A DNA stretch of 63,206 nucleotides, counting the filler, from Folioceros fuciformis (Eukaryota), in the NCBI GenBank assembly GCA_049999805.1. It is 27 parts of 27 records of this genome, joined end to end, with 100 filler letters (N's around TTAATTAATTAA, not from the genome) between each part and the next. Parts side by side here need not be neighbours in the genome. Positions count along the whole stretch, not along the records: positions 1 to 20,821 come from JBNGIO010002537.1; positions 20,922 to 22,371 come from JBNGIO010002539.1; positions 22,472 to 23,737 come from JBNGIO010002540.1; positions 23,838 to 25,574 come from JBNGIO010002541.1; positions 25,675 to 27,102 come from JBNGIO010002542.1; 22 more parts are not named here. One strand, given 5' to 3'. Shown one piece after another: positions 14,225 to 26,391 of the stretch. The notes beneath the pieces are model-generated. The model did not search any database. It saw only the letters and a program-made list of their open reading frames with translations, and had not been told where the DNA came from. Numbering within the stretch: the stretch's first letter is position 1; each line of letters starts with the position of its first letter. Made by a program: the position numbers and the translations under genes.

Positions 14225-14310
14225 TGGCCCCGCTCCGGGATTCGAACCGGGTGTCAGCTGGAAACACTTCGATGGCACTTTTGTCGTCCACACTAGGCTA
14301 TGGAGCGGGA
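14225..14310 (-). ncRNA. tRNA-like / RNA Pol III type-2 element without a canonical cloverleaf
   Basis: On the minus strand: A-box TAGCCTAGTGTGG (14300-14288), B-box/T-loop GGTTCGAATCC (14248-14238), a terminal stem CCCGCTCC/GGAGCGGG and a 3' G-CCA. I could not fold a D-stem or an anticodon stem. Confidence 0.5.
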
Positions 14311-14609
14311 TGAAAGCAACAAATACCCCTTTTCCATGAGGGGGCCGAATCGGCGCCATCGATTTCCTTTCCCGCGGCAAACCAACCGCATGCGCGCCGG
14401 CTTCCGTCTCCTCACTAAGACCGTAAATGTAACAATCCCAGAAAGTCAGTGTACTGTCTGGCAACATGGACAATTGGGGGAAGCACATCTGGGAGACGAT
14501 GCATCGCAGAGGACCGTGCTGGTTGTAGGCCAGCCTCGGGAGACGGAATCGGCATGCATAAATCGATTGCCGTGACCATCAGCATCTCCTTCGATCTTCG
14601 TTTTGTTTT

Positions 14610-16672
14610 CTCTCAGGTCCGCCCTGACAACTGCAACAACCAGCTGCGAACCTGTGCAGACGACACCCATCCCTGACAACTATGTCTCCCTCTTCGAGCC
14701 TGGACATGGTATCCGTGGAACTGTGACAGTGACTACACATGGCGTAAATCCTTCGTTACCAACAGAGGCGTGCCAATTGAAGTGTTCAAGAGACCGAACG
14801 CAAGAGCCAGTTTCTCGGCAAGCCCATAAAGCACATCTCCCTTCTCACAAACAGACTTCAACGCCAACTACGTGTGAGGTGCGTGGCCTCGTTCTCGCTT
14901 CAGACGTGCATTCGCGCTCTCGACCTTGAGAGCAATATCCTCTCCTTTCTCCTACCAAAAAGAAATTTATGCACCTCCTCACTCACCTCAAATGGTTGCC
15001 ACTGCAGGTTTTTTGTTGGCTCCTACTAACGTTCTCCGTGTTTCAATCCTGAATACATCAGTCCACCTACCTGCGTCTGCAAAGGCATTCGCCATGAGCA
15101 CGTATGCCGACGCATTCTGGGGGTTCAGTCTAACAATGCTTTCAAAACACCACATCGCCCTCTCTGTTCCCATGACTGTTGCACACATTCAACGAAGACG
15201 TCAAACACACAACATTCGTTTCGCCCTCACATGCTAATAGCATCATCACTGCCTCATCTAAAAGACCCGCACGCCCAAGAAGATCAATCATGCATGTGTA
15301 TTGCTCAATAGTAGCGTTGATCCCATGTTGTTCAGCCATGGAATCCAAGAGCCTGCGACCCTCGAGGACTACTCCCTCATGACTGTATGCCACCAAAAGG
15401 CAAGTAAAAGTAGCACCGCAGGCTGAATACCGGCAACTATCATCTCCTAGAAACAAGCTACCGCTCCCTGACCATCATCGCACGTACCGTACGCAGATAT
15501 CAGGGAGTTCCATGTCACCACACTCTGCCTTCATGCTGTCCAAGACCTGGCGTGCATTTTCCAGTTCACCACATTTAGCGTACTTGTCCACCAGGCTGGT
15601 GCCCAACGGTATGTCATCCAACAGTCCTCTTCCCACAATCTGTGAGTGCCACTGCCTACTCTTTTGTAAAGCACCAGTGCTCCCGCAGGCAGGCCTTCGG
15701 AAGGCAAGCAAAAGTCACATGGTTAGCCAAAGGAGGCCTTCGGAAGGCAAGCAAGAGTCACATGGTTAGCCAAAAGGAGGCCTTCTTGTCCCATTTGTCC
15801 ATACAGAACAAGCGCCTCTTCACCGAGTTCTTGCTGTGCATACCCAGCGATCAGCGCTGTCCATGTCACCACACCCTTCGACGCCAAGGACTCGGAAACC
15901 TCGCGTGCCTCGTGCAGTTCACCACAGTTTGCATACACGTCCACCAGGCAGTTGGCCAACACTACGCTATCCAGCAACGCTCTTTTGACAATCTGTGAGT
16001 GCAGCTGCCCGCCCTTCCGTAAGGCATCAGTGGTTCCACAGGCCTTCAGAAGACAAGCACAAGCGGCATGATCAGCCACAATGAGACCCGCCTTCTCGTT
16101 TTGTCCATACAGTGCTACCGCCTCTTGGCCCAGTCCTTGCCGTTCAAGCCCGGCAATTAGGGCATTCCAAGTCACCACGTCCCTCGAGGCCAAGGTGTTA
16201 CTGGCGTGCATCTTCCAGTTCACCACATTTCGTACGCATGTCCCTTAGGCAGCTGCCCAACATTACGTCATCCAGCAGCCCTTTTTCAACAAGCAAAAGT
16301 GACATGGTTAGCCAAAATCAGCCCCTCCTGTTCCATTCGTCCATACAGAACAAGAGCCTCGTGCCCTAGCCCTTGCTCAGTACGCCCAGCTATCAGGGCA
16401 GTCCATGTCACCACATCCTTCGTATTCATGCTGTCAAAACCCTGCCGTGCATCTTTTAGTCCACCACATTTTTCATACCCAGCAAACAGGGCATTCCATG
16501 TCACCACATCCTTTGCGGCCAAGCTGTCAAAAACATGGCGTGCATCTTTCAGTTCACCTGCGCATTTTGCAGTGTAAAACACAGACTGAGGAGTAGCAAA
16601 GCCTGCTAGCGCCATAGATTCCAGAGCTTCAACAGCCTCAAAAAGCATCCCCTGCTGGCATAACATTCCCAA
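14610..16672 (-). pseudogene. Decayed PLS-class PPR gene with E motifs and a DYW:KP (GRP-type) domain
   Basis: Fragmented PLS motifs (DVVTWNALIAG, YAKCGEL..AR.V.DS, EQYTCMIDLLGRAG) and an E2 motif (NASAYVLMANAFADAGRW). Manual translation across frameshifts then gives KPAVATI/EVSEEVHKFL..GHAPHT*..YGLAEKLALAFGLLNT..GTPLLVTKDLR/MCSHCHSST..MSRLE..DIVVRD..RLHRFAAGCCSCQGGP. There are many frameshifts, a stop and an approximately 43-bp tandem duplication near 15691-15776. Confidence 0.9.
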
Positions 16673-16744
16673 GACGCCGATTTCCGATCCTGCAACCTCC
16701 CACGTTCAGGCTTATTCGGAGACCTCGCCTTGGAAGGAGAGGAA

Positions 16745-17337
16745 CCATGACCCATCTGCCTATCCATGGAAACAAGCTGCTCATCAACCTAAGGTGGCCT
16801 ACACCTGACATCTAACCACAGAACTTCGCCTCATGCCTTACGCCGGAAGTCGTCGAGCGGGAGCTCTTCTTATCCCGTCTGTTATCCCACCACACGATGG
16901 GGTCCAGGACAAGCTGCTGCCACAATGGCGAACTCCCTGGCACGCCAGCAACGACCATGGCTGGACATCCCGTCTCCATCCACACATACTCTCCGAAGTG
17001 GAAGTGCTGGGATCTTTACACTGCTGCACATGAATCTCGTTTCCAATCCTGCACGCCTGCGACGTTCAACATTATCAGGAGAGCTGGACTTGGAAGGCGA
17101 GGCACCATGACCCATCTGCATATCCAAGGAAACGAGCTGCTCATCATCAACACAAGCTGACTCCAGCAAGTAAAATGCACTAAGTTAAACGGAGCAGGAG
17201 CACTTGTGGCAACAAATCTGTTGCCATAAGTGCTCCTGCTTTTGCTCCCGGTGACGACCATTGATGGAAAAGCCACCTCAAGCCACACATTTCAGCGCAA
17301 GTGGAAGTGCTTGGCCCCTTACACTGCTGAACCTGAA
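16745..17337. repeat. Degenerate tandem duplication (about 300-360 bp period) containing a 22-bp hairpin
   Basis: CCATGACCCATCTGC.TATCCA.GGAAAC.AGCTGCTCATC occurs near 16745 and 17105. CCACACAT...AAGTGGAAGTGCT...TTACACTGCTG occurs near 16980 and 17283. The inverted repeat spans 17193-17240. Confidence 0.8.
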
Positions 17338-19633
17338 GTTGTCGTTCGACAGGGTTCGACCTCCTAAAGTGAGGTGATCACGAGCTCCTGGTGGTACCCC
17401 TGGACGTACACCATGTTGTTCGAACCACGAAGGGTCCGGTTTCCATATTGTGGCCATGGTTCAGGGGCCGCTGGAGGAACAGCAGACTGCGGCAGCCTAT
17501 GTATACTCGTGTCCCAGGCAGATTTTAACTTGGTTTGATAGGTGTAGCCATGGTTAAGGAAACATTAGAGACAGCTGCCGAAATCCCCACGGATGTTGTA
17601 TGAAGCTGCGCCGCTGCTGCTGAGCTGCTCGATACTTGCACTCATGGTGATGCCTGTAAGAGAGGCCAGAAATTGTTTTCAGAACAGCCAGTTCACAAGC
17701 AGAGGCTTGGCATTGGCTCCTCCCCCCTGGATTCTCTGAGCGACTCGAGCTGCATATGCAGCGCTCATGTAGTTTACCCAGAACCATAGCGGTTTCTGGG
17801 ATATCTTCTCACAAAATTGTGCGTAAATCACGGTAGTATTTATAACATTGTAAAATGCAGGAATAGTTGACATTTTTTCTAAAAGAAAGTTAGAATTTAT
17901 TTAATAATAGTTAAAACCGTCCTGAAATAAGCCGAATCATACATATCACTGAACCTACTCAATTTGAGTCGTTCCGCATGGAAAGTAGGGGTCGAGGAGT
18001 GGAGGGTGTTGATGAGGTGCCGAGCCAGTGAATGATCTTCGACCTGTTGCCGAGAATCACACACGACTTATCACACTGTTCGCTGCACAGATAGCTTGCT
18101 GTCGTCCGGTCCTTTGTGAGCAAGGGGGAGCACAAACCACTGCAAGAGCAAGTATAAGCAGACGCCACTGCATTGCTTTGTGAGGGGGGACTGCTGCATG
18201 TGCTGGGTGGATCTTTTGGGCCGAGCTAGGGAACTTGATAGCAGACGGTTATGCTATCCCAGATTTCCTTCCAACTGTGGAGCCCACAAACCACCCAACA
18301 CGGAAACTGCCATGCAGGCAATGTCTTGATATGTGTTGTTCTTCGATCTTCCTGCTCCGTAGCCTGGTGCATGTATGTATGCAGTTGAGATCCCGCGGCG
18401 GTGTGCGAGGAATCGAGTTCTGCTGAGGAAAGTTCTACCCTACGTTGGCCCGTACTCAAGGCATGCGGAGGAATTGTCCCGAGCGATTCCGGTATTTCAG
18501 TGGCTCGGACACGTCCCCCGGAACGGAAAAAGGTTCTCATTTTTAGACAAATTGCAGGGGCACTGGATCCCGAAAGGGCAGCTCGGACAAAGAGTTGTGC
18601 ATGTGAAACCGTTTGGGCACCGCAGGTGCACTGGTGGTGTCTGTTATTCGCATACCTTGATTCTAGGACATGCTTGTCGGAGTAGCAGCGAGACATGCTT
18701 GTCAAGGTCTGGCACAAAAGGCAATAAAGTGTATTGGACAGCATGATGCCAGCCGCCCATGAATGTGGCCAGGCGTTACGGTCAGTTGCACACTGAGCTT
18801 TCTTTGATAAGGCTGCTCGGACCCCACTGTTGAGGTCGTGTTTCACTCGGGCAGGACTTTCGGGTCTTCACGGCAAACTCACACCCTTGCGAATTTGACA
18901 TGATAACGTGAGCTGGTGCCAAGATTCCACTTGACCAGACGAGTTTGGTTTAGAAGCAGGGAAGGTATGGTTTGGCAACCGAGACCATGTCTGCAAGACA
19001 AGGAGGGAAGGTGGTTTTGAGCTTGACTCAGGCGGCGAGGATCTCGTCCTTTGTTCCTCCTTGTTGCCACAAACTGGAGTGCAACCGGAGTCGGGATCGC
19101 GATGAAAACGAGTTGGATTTGGTGACCTCCTATGGCATCTAACTTAGTCTAGTTCGAGGACAAACTTCCAAATGAACGAAGTATCTTAAAGTAGCACAAG
19201 AACTTGATTTGTTGTGACCCTCGAGGCTGAGTAAAACAGAGACCGGAGCTGAGGGATAAGAGCGAGTGCATATCCGGCCCGCCTCGTAGGACAATTGTAG
19301 GGCCCGGTGGACAGGTGAGTGGAGGTGGGGGGTGACGACCAGGGTCCGCGTCTCGGACAAAACAACAGACGCGGCAATTTCCAAGAAACCGATGGAATCA
19401 ACTATGGATCTGCCGAAAAAAGCGATGGATCAATACATTGATGAAAAGTCCGACACAACCATGGAGGTGAGGTCTGGCAACAATGATGCAAACCTCCCAC
19501 CCCCGAGAGTCCCTGCGTGCTAACACATGAAGGCAATTGAACTTCAAGCTGAATCATCGCATTGTTATAAAATACGTCTGACCAAGAATCAAAGAGAGAA
19601 AGGTGAGCAAGAGCCCAGCCCCCGACCTCAAAC

Positions 19634-20821
<1,188 letters not shown>

Positions 20822-20921
20822 NNNNNNNNNNNNNNNNNNNNNNNNNNNNNNNNNNNNNNNNNNNNTTAATTAATTAANNNNNNNNNNNNNNNNNNNNNNN
20901 NNNNNNNNNNNNNNNNNNNNN
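20822..20921. other. Artificial contig linker N44-TTAATTAATTAA-N44 (first of 26)
   Basis: Equivalent 100-nt linkers, with stops in all six frames, start at 20822, 22372, 23738, 25575, 27103, 32007, 33260, 35559, 36903, 38009, 39321, 40764, 42342, 43541, 45088, 46791, 49232, 50389, 51529, 53345, 55054, 56804, 58176, 59580, 60793 and 62018. Confidence 0.99.
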
Positions 20922-20971
20922 ATATTAGATATGTTATATATAAGAAAAAAAATTTTATTTGAGTATAAGGC

Positions 20972-20979
20972 TATAAATA
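20972..20979 (+). promoter_or_regulatory. Candidate TATA box of the haspin-like gene
   Basis: TATAAATA lies about 160 bp upstream of ATG 21130. The context is AT-rich, which lowers specificity. Confidence 0.35.
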
Positions 20980-21129
20980 AGAGAGCTTCACACTCATTAT
21001 TGATAGCTTACAATAGAGAGTACATCATATGTTCAAGCTTTTCTTATAATGTTGTATTGAAGTTTAAGATATTAAAATATTATTTATTCATTTATTTTAT
21101 TTTAATATTCGTTATTACAAACTAGAAAT

Positions 21130-22113
21130 ATGAATTTTTTTTTTCATTTTAAAAGGAAACGGAGTGTGGATATGAATGCTGCTTTAAACCATATGGCTAT
21201 AGATAAGACAAACATAAAAAAGATAAATGAAGGTGTATTTGGAGAAATTTTTAAGATTAGAGATTATATCTTGAAAGTAGTATCCATAGAAAGTTTGACC
21301 CTTATTAACAAAGAAGTCGAGATAGGGAGGGTCTTAGCTACATTGCATAATCCTAAAAGTTCATATTTTTGTACTAATTTTTTGACGAATATACAGGAAA
21401 TAACATGTACAGGACCATACGATAGTGAATTGTCTAAAGCTAAGCAAGTATGGCTACATAAAAATTTAAAATCAAATAATAAAACTGAGCATCCTCTAAA
21501 TTATCCATACAATCAGAAATTTATGGTCATGATGCAAAAAGATGGTGGCGTACCTTTGAAAGATTTCCAATACAAAAATGTAGAAGAACTTCAAAGTACA
21601 TTCTTACAACTTATTCTAGCAATGGAAGTGGCAGAAGCTGCATTTGGGTTTGAACATCGAGATTTACATAGTAAAAATATTCTTATATCTCGCAATAATA
21701 ACAAGGAGAGCACACAGAGATATGGAATAAAGAATAATGAAAGATGGATCAAAACTCATGGCATAAAAGTGTCAATCATTGATTATGGACTATCTCGGCT
21801 TCAAGTGCGTTCAACAATTTTATTTACAGATTTGAGTGACTTTACTTTTGATAATTATTATGATCCTTTGTACGAAGTATGGGTTAAGACAAAATCAATA
21901 GTGGGCAACAATTGGAAAGGCAACTTCCCAAAACTCAATGTTTTGTGGATTGATTTTTTGGCAAGAGGAGTTCATACAATGGTGTGTAAAAATGATAAGC
22001 TTTCAATATTTTCTGACCAAATCCATGACTTCAAGAAAGAGATATTGAAATGTAATTCAATAGGAGAAATAGCTAAAGACACATTCTTTGATTCCCTTTG
22101 GTTAAATGGATAA
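21130..22113 (+). CDS. Divergent haspin-like Ser/Thr kinase, kinase domain only, intronless, AT-rich
   Basis: Motifs KINEGVFGEIF, ILKVVSI, FLQLILAMEVAEAAFGFEHRDLHSKNILI (haspin-type AVAE..FEHRDLH), IKTHGIKVSIIDYGLSRL, ILFTDLS and W.GNFPKLNVLWI. The 327-aa ORF is complete. Confidence 0.85.
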   Translation: MNFFFHFKRKRSVDMNAALNHMAIDKTNIKKINEGVFGEIFKIRDYILKVVSIESLTLINKEVEIGRVLATLHNPKSSYFCTNFLTNIQEITCTGPYDSELSKAKQVWLHKNLKSNNKTEHPLNYPYNQKFMVMMQKDGGVPLKDFQYKNVEELQSTFLQLILAMEVAEAAFGFEHRDLHSKNILISRNNNKESTQRYGIKNNERWIKTHGIKVSIIDYGLSRLQVRSTILFTDLSDFTFDNYYDPLYEVWVKTKSIVGNNWKGNFPKLNVLWIDFLARGVHTMVCKNDKLSIFSDQIHDFKKEILKCNSIGEIAKDTFFDSLWLNG

Positions 22114-22471
22114 GTTAATGAATGTATTGTAAAGTAAGGTTTCTTCTATTGTTGAAAAAGAGATAGAAAGTTGTGGTGGCAAAACCCCAAGCATTGTTTG
22201 TCAACAGGTTCAACCTTTAGCGGCCACACTTATCGCACTATCGTTGAGACGTAGGGTTTTGTTACCACGAAGAAGCGATGGGGTTCCTAGCTGCTCTAGA
22301 TGGAGGGTCGGACTTAATCGTTTTGATGACGGATTCGAGGGCTCCCCTCCAGCTCTGATCAGGCGTGGGACNNNNNNNNNNNNNNNNNNNNNNNNNNNNN
22401 NNNNNNNNNNNNNNNTTAATTAATTAANNNNNNNNNNNNNNNNNNNNNNNNNNNNNNNNNNNNNNNNNNNN

Positions 22472-23009
22472 GAATAGCATGGTTCTTGTGCTCACGGCCG
22501 AGGACGTGTTGGTGGAGGATTTCTGTGTCTCTTCCTGCGGCGCTCACAGTTACGTGAAGGCGGAGGCCGAGGCGCGGGAGAATGAGAAGGCAACAGTGCG
22601 GGTGCCATACGCCTGGGTCGGGAACGCGAAGAAGCAGTGCCCGGGGATGTGTGCCTGGCCCTTCGCTAAGCCGTCGTTCCCGGGAGCTCCAGACTTCGAG
22701 CCTCTGCAGCCTCCCAACGGAGACGTCGGGGCGGACGGCATGGTGATCAACATCGCCACGGTGCTGGCTGGAGCTTTCACCAATCCCTTCGGAAACGGGT
22801 TCTACCAGGGGGACGGGCGGCTGCCGCTGGAGGCGGCCACGGCGTGCGAGGGGAACTTCGGGCCGGGAGCGTTTCCTGGCTGGCCGGGTGATTTGAAGAT
22901 GGACGCCCGCACTGGAGCTTCCTACAATGCGATTGGGATCAAGAAGAGGAAGTTTTTGCTTCCGGCGGTGTGGAATCCGGCGACGCAGGCTTGTGCATTG
23001 GCGCCTTGA
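22472..23009 (+). CDS. EXORDIUM/Phi-1 family protein, C-terminal part
   Basis: Motifs LVLTAEDV.VEDFC..SCG.H, YAWVGNA.KQCPG.CAWPF, PPNGDVGADGMVINIA, TNPFGNGFYQG, LEAATAC.G, GASYNA and RKFLLPAVWNP. Confidence 0.93.
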
Positions 23010-23882
23010 AGGAGCACGATGGCGCGCGGTTTCCCGATTCCTTTCCGACGTGATGCATGTCTTTGAGTCACCTTTCTGACTCATCTGTGTGCGCGAGTTT
23101 CAGAGCTCGGATTCAGTTGTAGAACGGATTTGAGGTCGGTTTAGCGGTTCTCGACTCAACTTCTTGGACTCATTATCATGATGAGGTGCCCCACAGCGAT
23201 CCCCTTTGCAGAAATGCAGGACCAAGCGAGTGCTTGTCTGCGTATATCGTTAGGCAGGTAGTGTCAGTGCCAGTTTATGGTGCGGGCAGTGAGTGAGCTC
23301 GCCTCCTCTCCTGGAATCTCTTCGCCATCCAGCAGGTGGCCATGTATGTAAGTAGGCAGCTTCGATCCTGACGGACCACACTTTTGGAACAAACCAGTAA
23401 CGAGAGCCCTATTCGTTCGGCGGATTGATTTTTTTCACCGATGCATGTCGCTGCGCTCCTCCTTCGTTATATTTCTTGAGGCGACGAAGTCCAGGTCTTC
23501 GAGTCTAGTAGGACGCAACAACCGACAAGCTTCGTTTGTAGAGGACAAGACCTGTTTTTTAAATTAGTTTTCGAACGTCAGGTGATACCTAGGGGTCGTA
23601 GTGGACTGCACACCTCTTGGACCTTCAGAGTCATGTGTCCGGTCTCTTTCCCTCAAACCACAGCGCTATAAGTTTAGGACTTGTAAAATTATATTCTATT
23701 AATTAAAGTTTTATATAATAATAAATTTAAGATATATNNNNNNNNNNNNNNNNNNNNNNNNNNNNNNNNNNNNNNNNNNNNTTAATTAATTAANNNNNNN
23801 NNNNNNNNNNNNNNNNNNNNNNNNNNNNNNNNNNNNNCCTCCCAGCTCCATGCAAACAAGACAGAAAGCTCGGCGACCTCAC

Positions 23883-24429
23883 CTCGAGGAAGGTAAACTT
23901 GTGGTTAATCAACAAGGCCAGAACCGCGCATGGGGCAACAAGAAAGTAATGCTTGAACGCGTCATGTTCTTTGTCATAAGATTTCTTCACAATTCTGTGG
24001 CGTCTCATGCACCAGACTATGGAAAACGAGCTGCCGAGGAAAATCAGCTTCATCAATGTGTTGTAGAACGAGATGTAGGTAGTAAAAACATCAAGGTAGC
24101 GAGTAACAAAAACAAGGACGTAGAGCTCCTGCGTCTTCAACGAGATCCCTGCAAAACCAACATCCTCCACCATCACCGCAAGCCCCACTCCGAACTTCAT
24201 TTTGCACCGAAACCTAACCACAATTCCAGCCTCGGTCCCGCATCCAATCTCATACCTTGGCTGACAGATCTAAGGGATCCCCAGCCCCGTCAAACAAAAC
24301 CTAATCCATACATAACAGAGCAGCAAGCATCCACCGACCTGCACACGACTTGATAGTGTAGATCTTGAGCAGCAACACCAAGATGCTGAAGACATGCGTC
24401 AAGTCCCCGAATAGCCTGAAAATATTCAT
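23883..24429 (-). CDS. ERD2: ER lumen protein-retaining (HDEL/KDEL) receptor, exons 1-2, 3'-truncated
   Basis: Exon 1 (24429-24339) reads MNIFRLFGDLTHVFSILVLLLKIYTIKSCA. Exon 2 (24148-23883) reads GISLKTQELYVLVFVTRYLD..YNTLMKLIFLGSS. Junctions are GT-AG. Confidence 0.93.
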
Positions 24430-25293
24430 TTTGCGCGTCCCAGAAGCCCCTCCTGTACCGGAATAGCCGGTAGCTGGCAGCTCAGCTCCAGATCCTGAAA
24501 CCGACGAGCAGACTCACCATGTCAGTCTGCTGATCCCGGCGCCGCAAAGTGCTCCCAGGCTATGCCGATTTGCCTTGCATCCTCGCCCTCCCGCATTCCT
24601 TCCAAGCTGGCATTTGTACCAGCTTCGACGCAGAGCTAGTGTCCCACTCGGCGTGGCGAGCAGAAGCAGTGGTGAGAAAGAAGGCTGGAACTGCGTACCG
24701 CGTGTCAACAACCTTGAAAACCGTGCTGTCTACTGGTTCGTTCCCTGTACATATGTATGTGTTTCGTCTTGTGTAGCCACACAATCAATCAAGTCTGTCC
24801 GAGAAGCCTCGCCAAACTCCACACCTAACACGGAACAACAAACACGCGCAATATAAATTACAGTCCAGGATGACGTCCCTTCCCTAAAGGGAAATCATTT
24901 CAAAGTCAAAGCGCACTTCGTATATGGATTGTCCTCGCAGATAACCGAGGTCTTGTAACAACAAGAGCTGGAAGCAAATGGTCTCCTTACTATATACCTA
25001 TGCTATGAACAAGAGAATTTGGATTCCCTTGTTTCTTAATCCCAACCTTTTTTTTATCTCTAACCAACTAGTAATAGCAACCAGATGGTTCAAACGAGTC
25101 ACGTAGTACATCCTTCCATTCCATGACAAGTTCTCACATACCTAATATAACAGCTCTAACTTAATATGAGCTTTTGAGTATAGTATGTCGATCGAACCGC
25201 ATTTGGACAAGCACGGTTGACGGCGTACCGTCTTGGAAGCTCCCTTATCCGCTTCATCAGCTGAGCCCGAGGGAGGGAGTGACCGCGAGAGCA

Positions 25294-25574
25294 ATGGCCA
25301 TGGCCGCAGCCATGAATGTGGCTGCCTGTGTGCCCGTTGCGGCGCGTGGCGTGCCGACGCAGACGGCATGCACCTCCACGGCTCGGAGAACTCACCTCTC
25401 CAGCAGTGTGTGGGGATCCAAGCCCCTGGTGCTGTGCACGAGACGGCCCCAGATCAGGGGCTTTGCTGCCTCTGTGCGGACGGCCCCGGTTGCCGGGCTC
25501 CTGGATGAGCCTGAAGAGACGGAGGAGGAGATCGAGGCCGCCTACCGAGCGCTCTATGGGCCTCCGTTCGGGGC
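25294..25574 (+). CDS. PRPS5: Probable nucleus-encoded plastid 30S ribosomal protein S5, N-terminal fragment
   Basis: A transit-peptide-like N-terminus (MAMAAAMNVAAC..) is followed by DEPEETEEEIEAAYRALYGP, resembling the acidic ETEEEIA.AYEELYGP extension of plant plastid S5. The S5 domain itself lies beyond the contig end. Confidence 0.6.
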
Positions 25575-25674
25575 NNNNNNNNNNNNNNNNNNNNNNNNNN
25601 NNNNNNNNNNNNNNNNNNTTAATTAATTAANNNNNNNNNNNNNNNNNNNNNNNNNNNNNNNNNNNNNNNNNNNN

Positions 25675-25933
25675 TGCAACATCGCGCCGCGGGATCATCC
25701 ACGCCCTCCCTGTCCCCCGACAAGCAACAGCGCACCGCAGCCAGGACTGCCAAAATCCCGACTTTCTCCCTCGGCTCCAAGGCTCGAAAAGAGCGCCTAA
25801 TGGCCAGATCCCGCTCCTTCCAGGCGCATCCCGAAGTCCAGGTAGTTCGTCTGCCCTCGCCACAAGCAAGGAAGGGAGCATTCTTCACAACCTTGCAAGG
25901 ACACAACCGCAGGACAGGCGCGTGCGCCGCCAT
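25675..25933 (-). CDS. Possible N-terminus of an organelle-targeted protein (unidentified), truncated
   Basis: The ATG at 25933 opens a basic Ala/Cys/Arg-rich frame that runs to the contig end, downstream of site II promoter motifs. Confidence 0.3.
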
Positions 25934-26345
25934 GGATACCTTTCCTTCCCTTCCCTTCCCTTCCCTTCGTGATCTTGGAGGAGGGCCGGGCCCCCTTCGA
26001 TCAGACCGTGTCCTTCATCACCATGTCCATCGTTGCACCACACCAACAATTGCAGCTTCAAGAGGGAAGCCCAAGAAGCCGAGAGGCAGGATCGGATGAG
26101 GACGTAAAAGATGCAATCAAACAGCACCGCCGAATCGACCCCTTGCAAACAAAATCACAGCCACAAATTCAGGCCAGGCGGCGTTGAACGTTCAGTGGCT
26201 TCACATACACAGGACGTTCCCGAGGCAAGGAGGCAACGTCGCAAGTTGCCAAAAGTTAAATAGAGGAAATCGCTTAACACTGCCTTCTCTTTGAAAATAA
26301 GCTCTTGGGGAGCCTGATCGTGGATTCAACAAAGCCAGTATGTCA

Positions 26346-26391
26346 GGCCCATACAAACCTGATGGGGCCCATACAAAACTGGTGGGGCCCA
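26346..26391. promoter_or_regulatory. Three site II (GGCCCA/TGGGCC) motifs at 20-bp spacing
   Basis: GGCCCA occurs at 26346, 26366 and 26386 within a degenerate 20-bp tandem unit. This is a known plant TCP-bound promoter motif. Confidence 0.55.

Noticed and set aside
17352..17364. GGTTCGACCTCC as a Pol III B-box
   Set aside because: The match is imperfect, with no convincing A-box or closing stem.
17950..19150. Possible decayed LINE fragment (SVLDSM, DKAAR, HVCKTRREGG)
   Set aside because: The motif echoes are short, wrongly spaced and interrupted by stops, so they cannot be supported without an HMM search.
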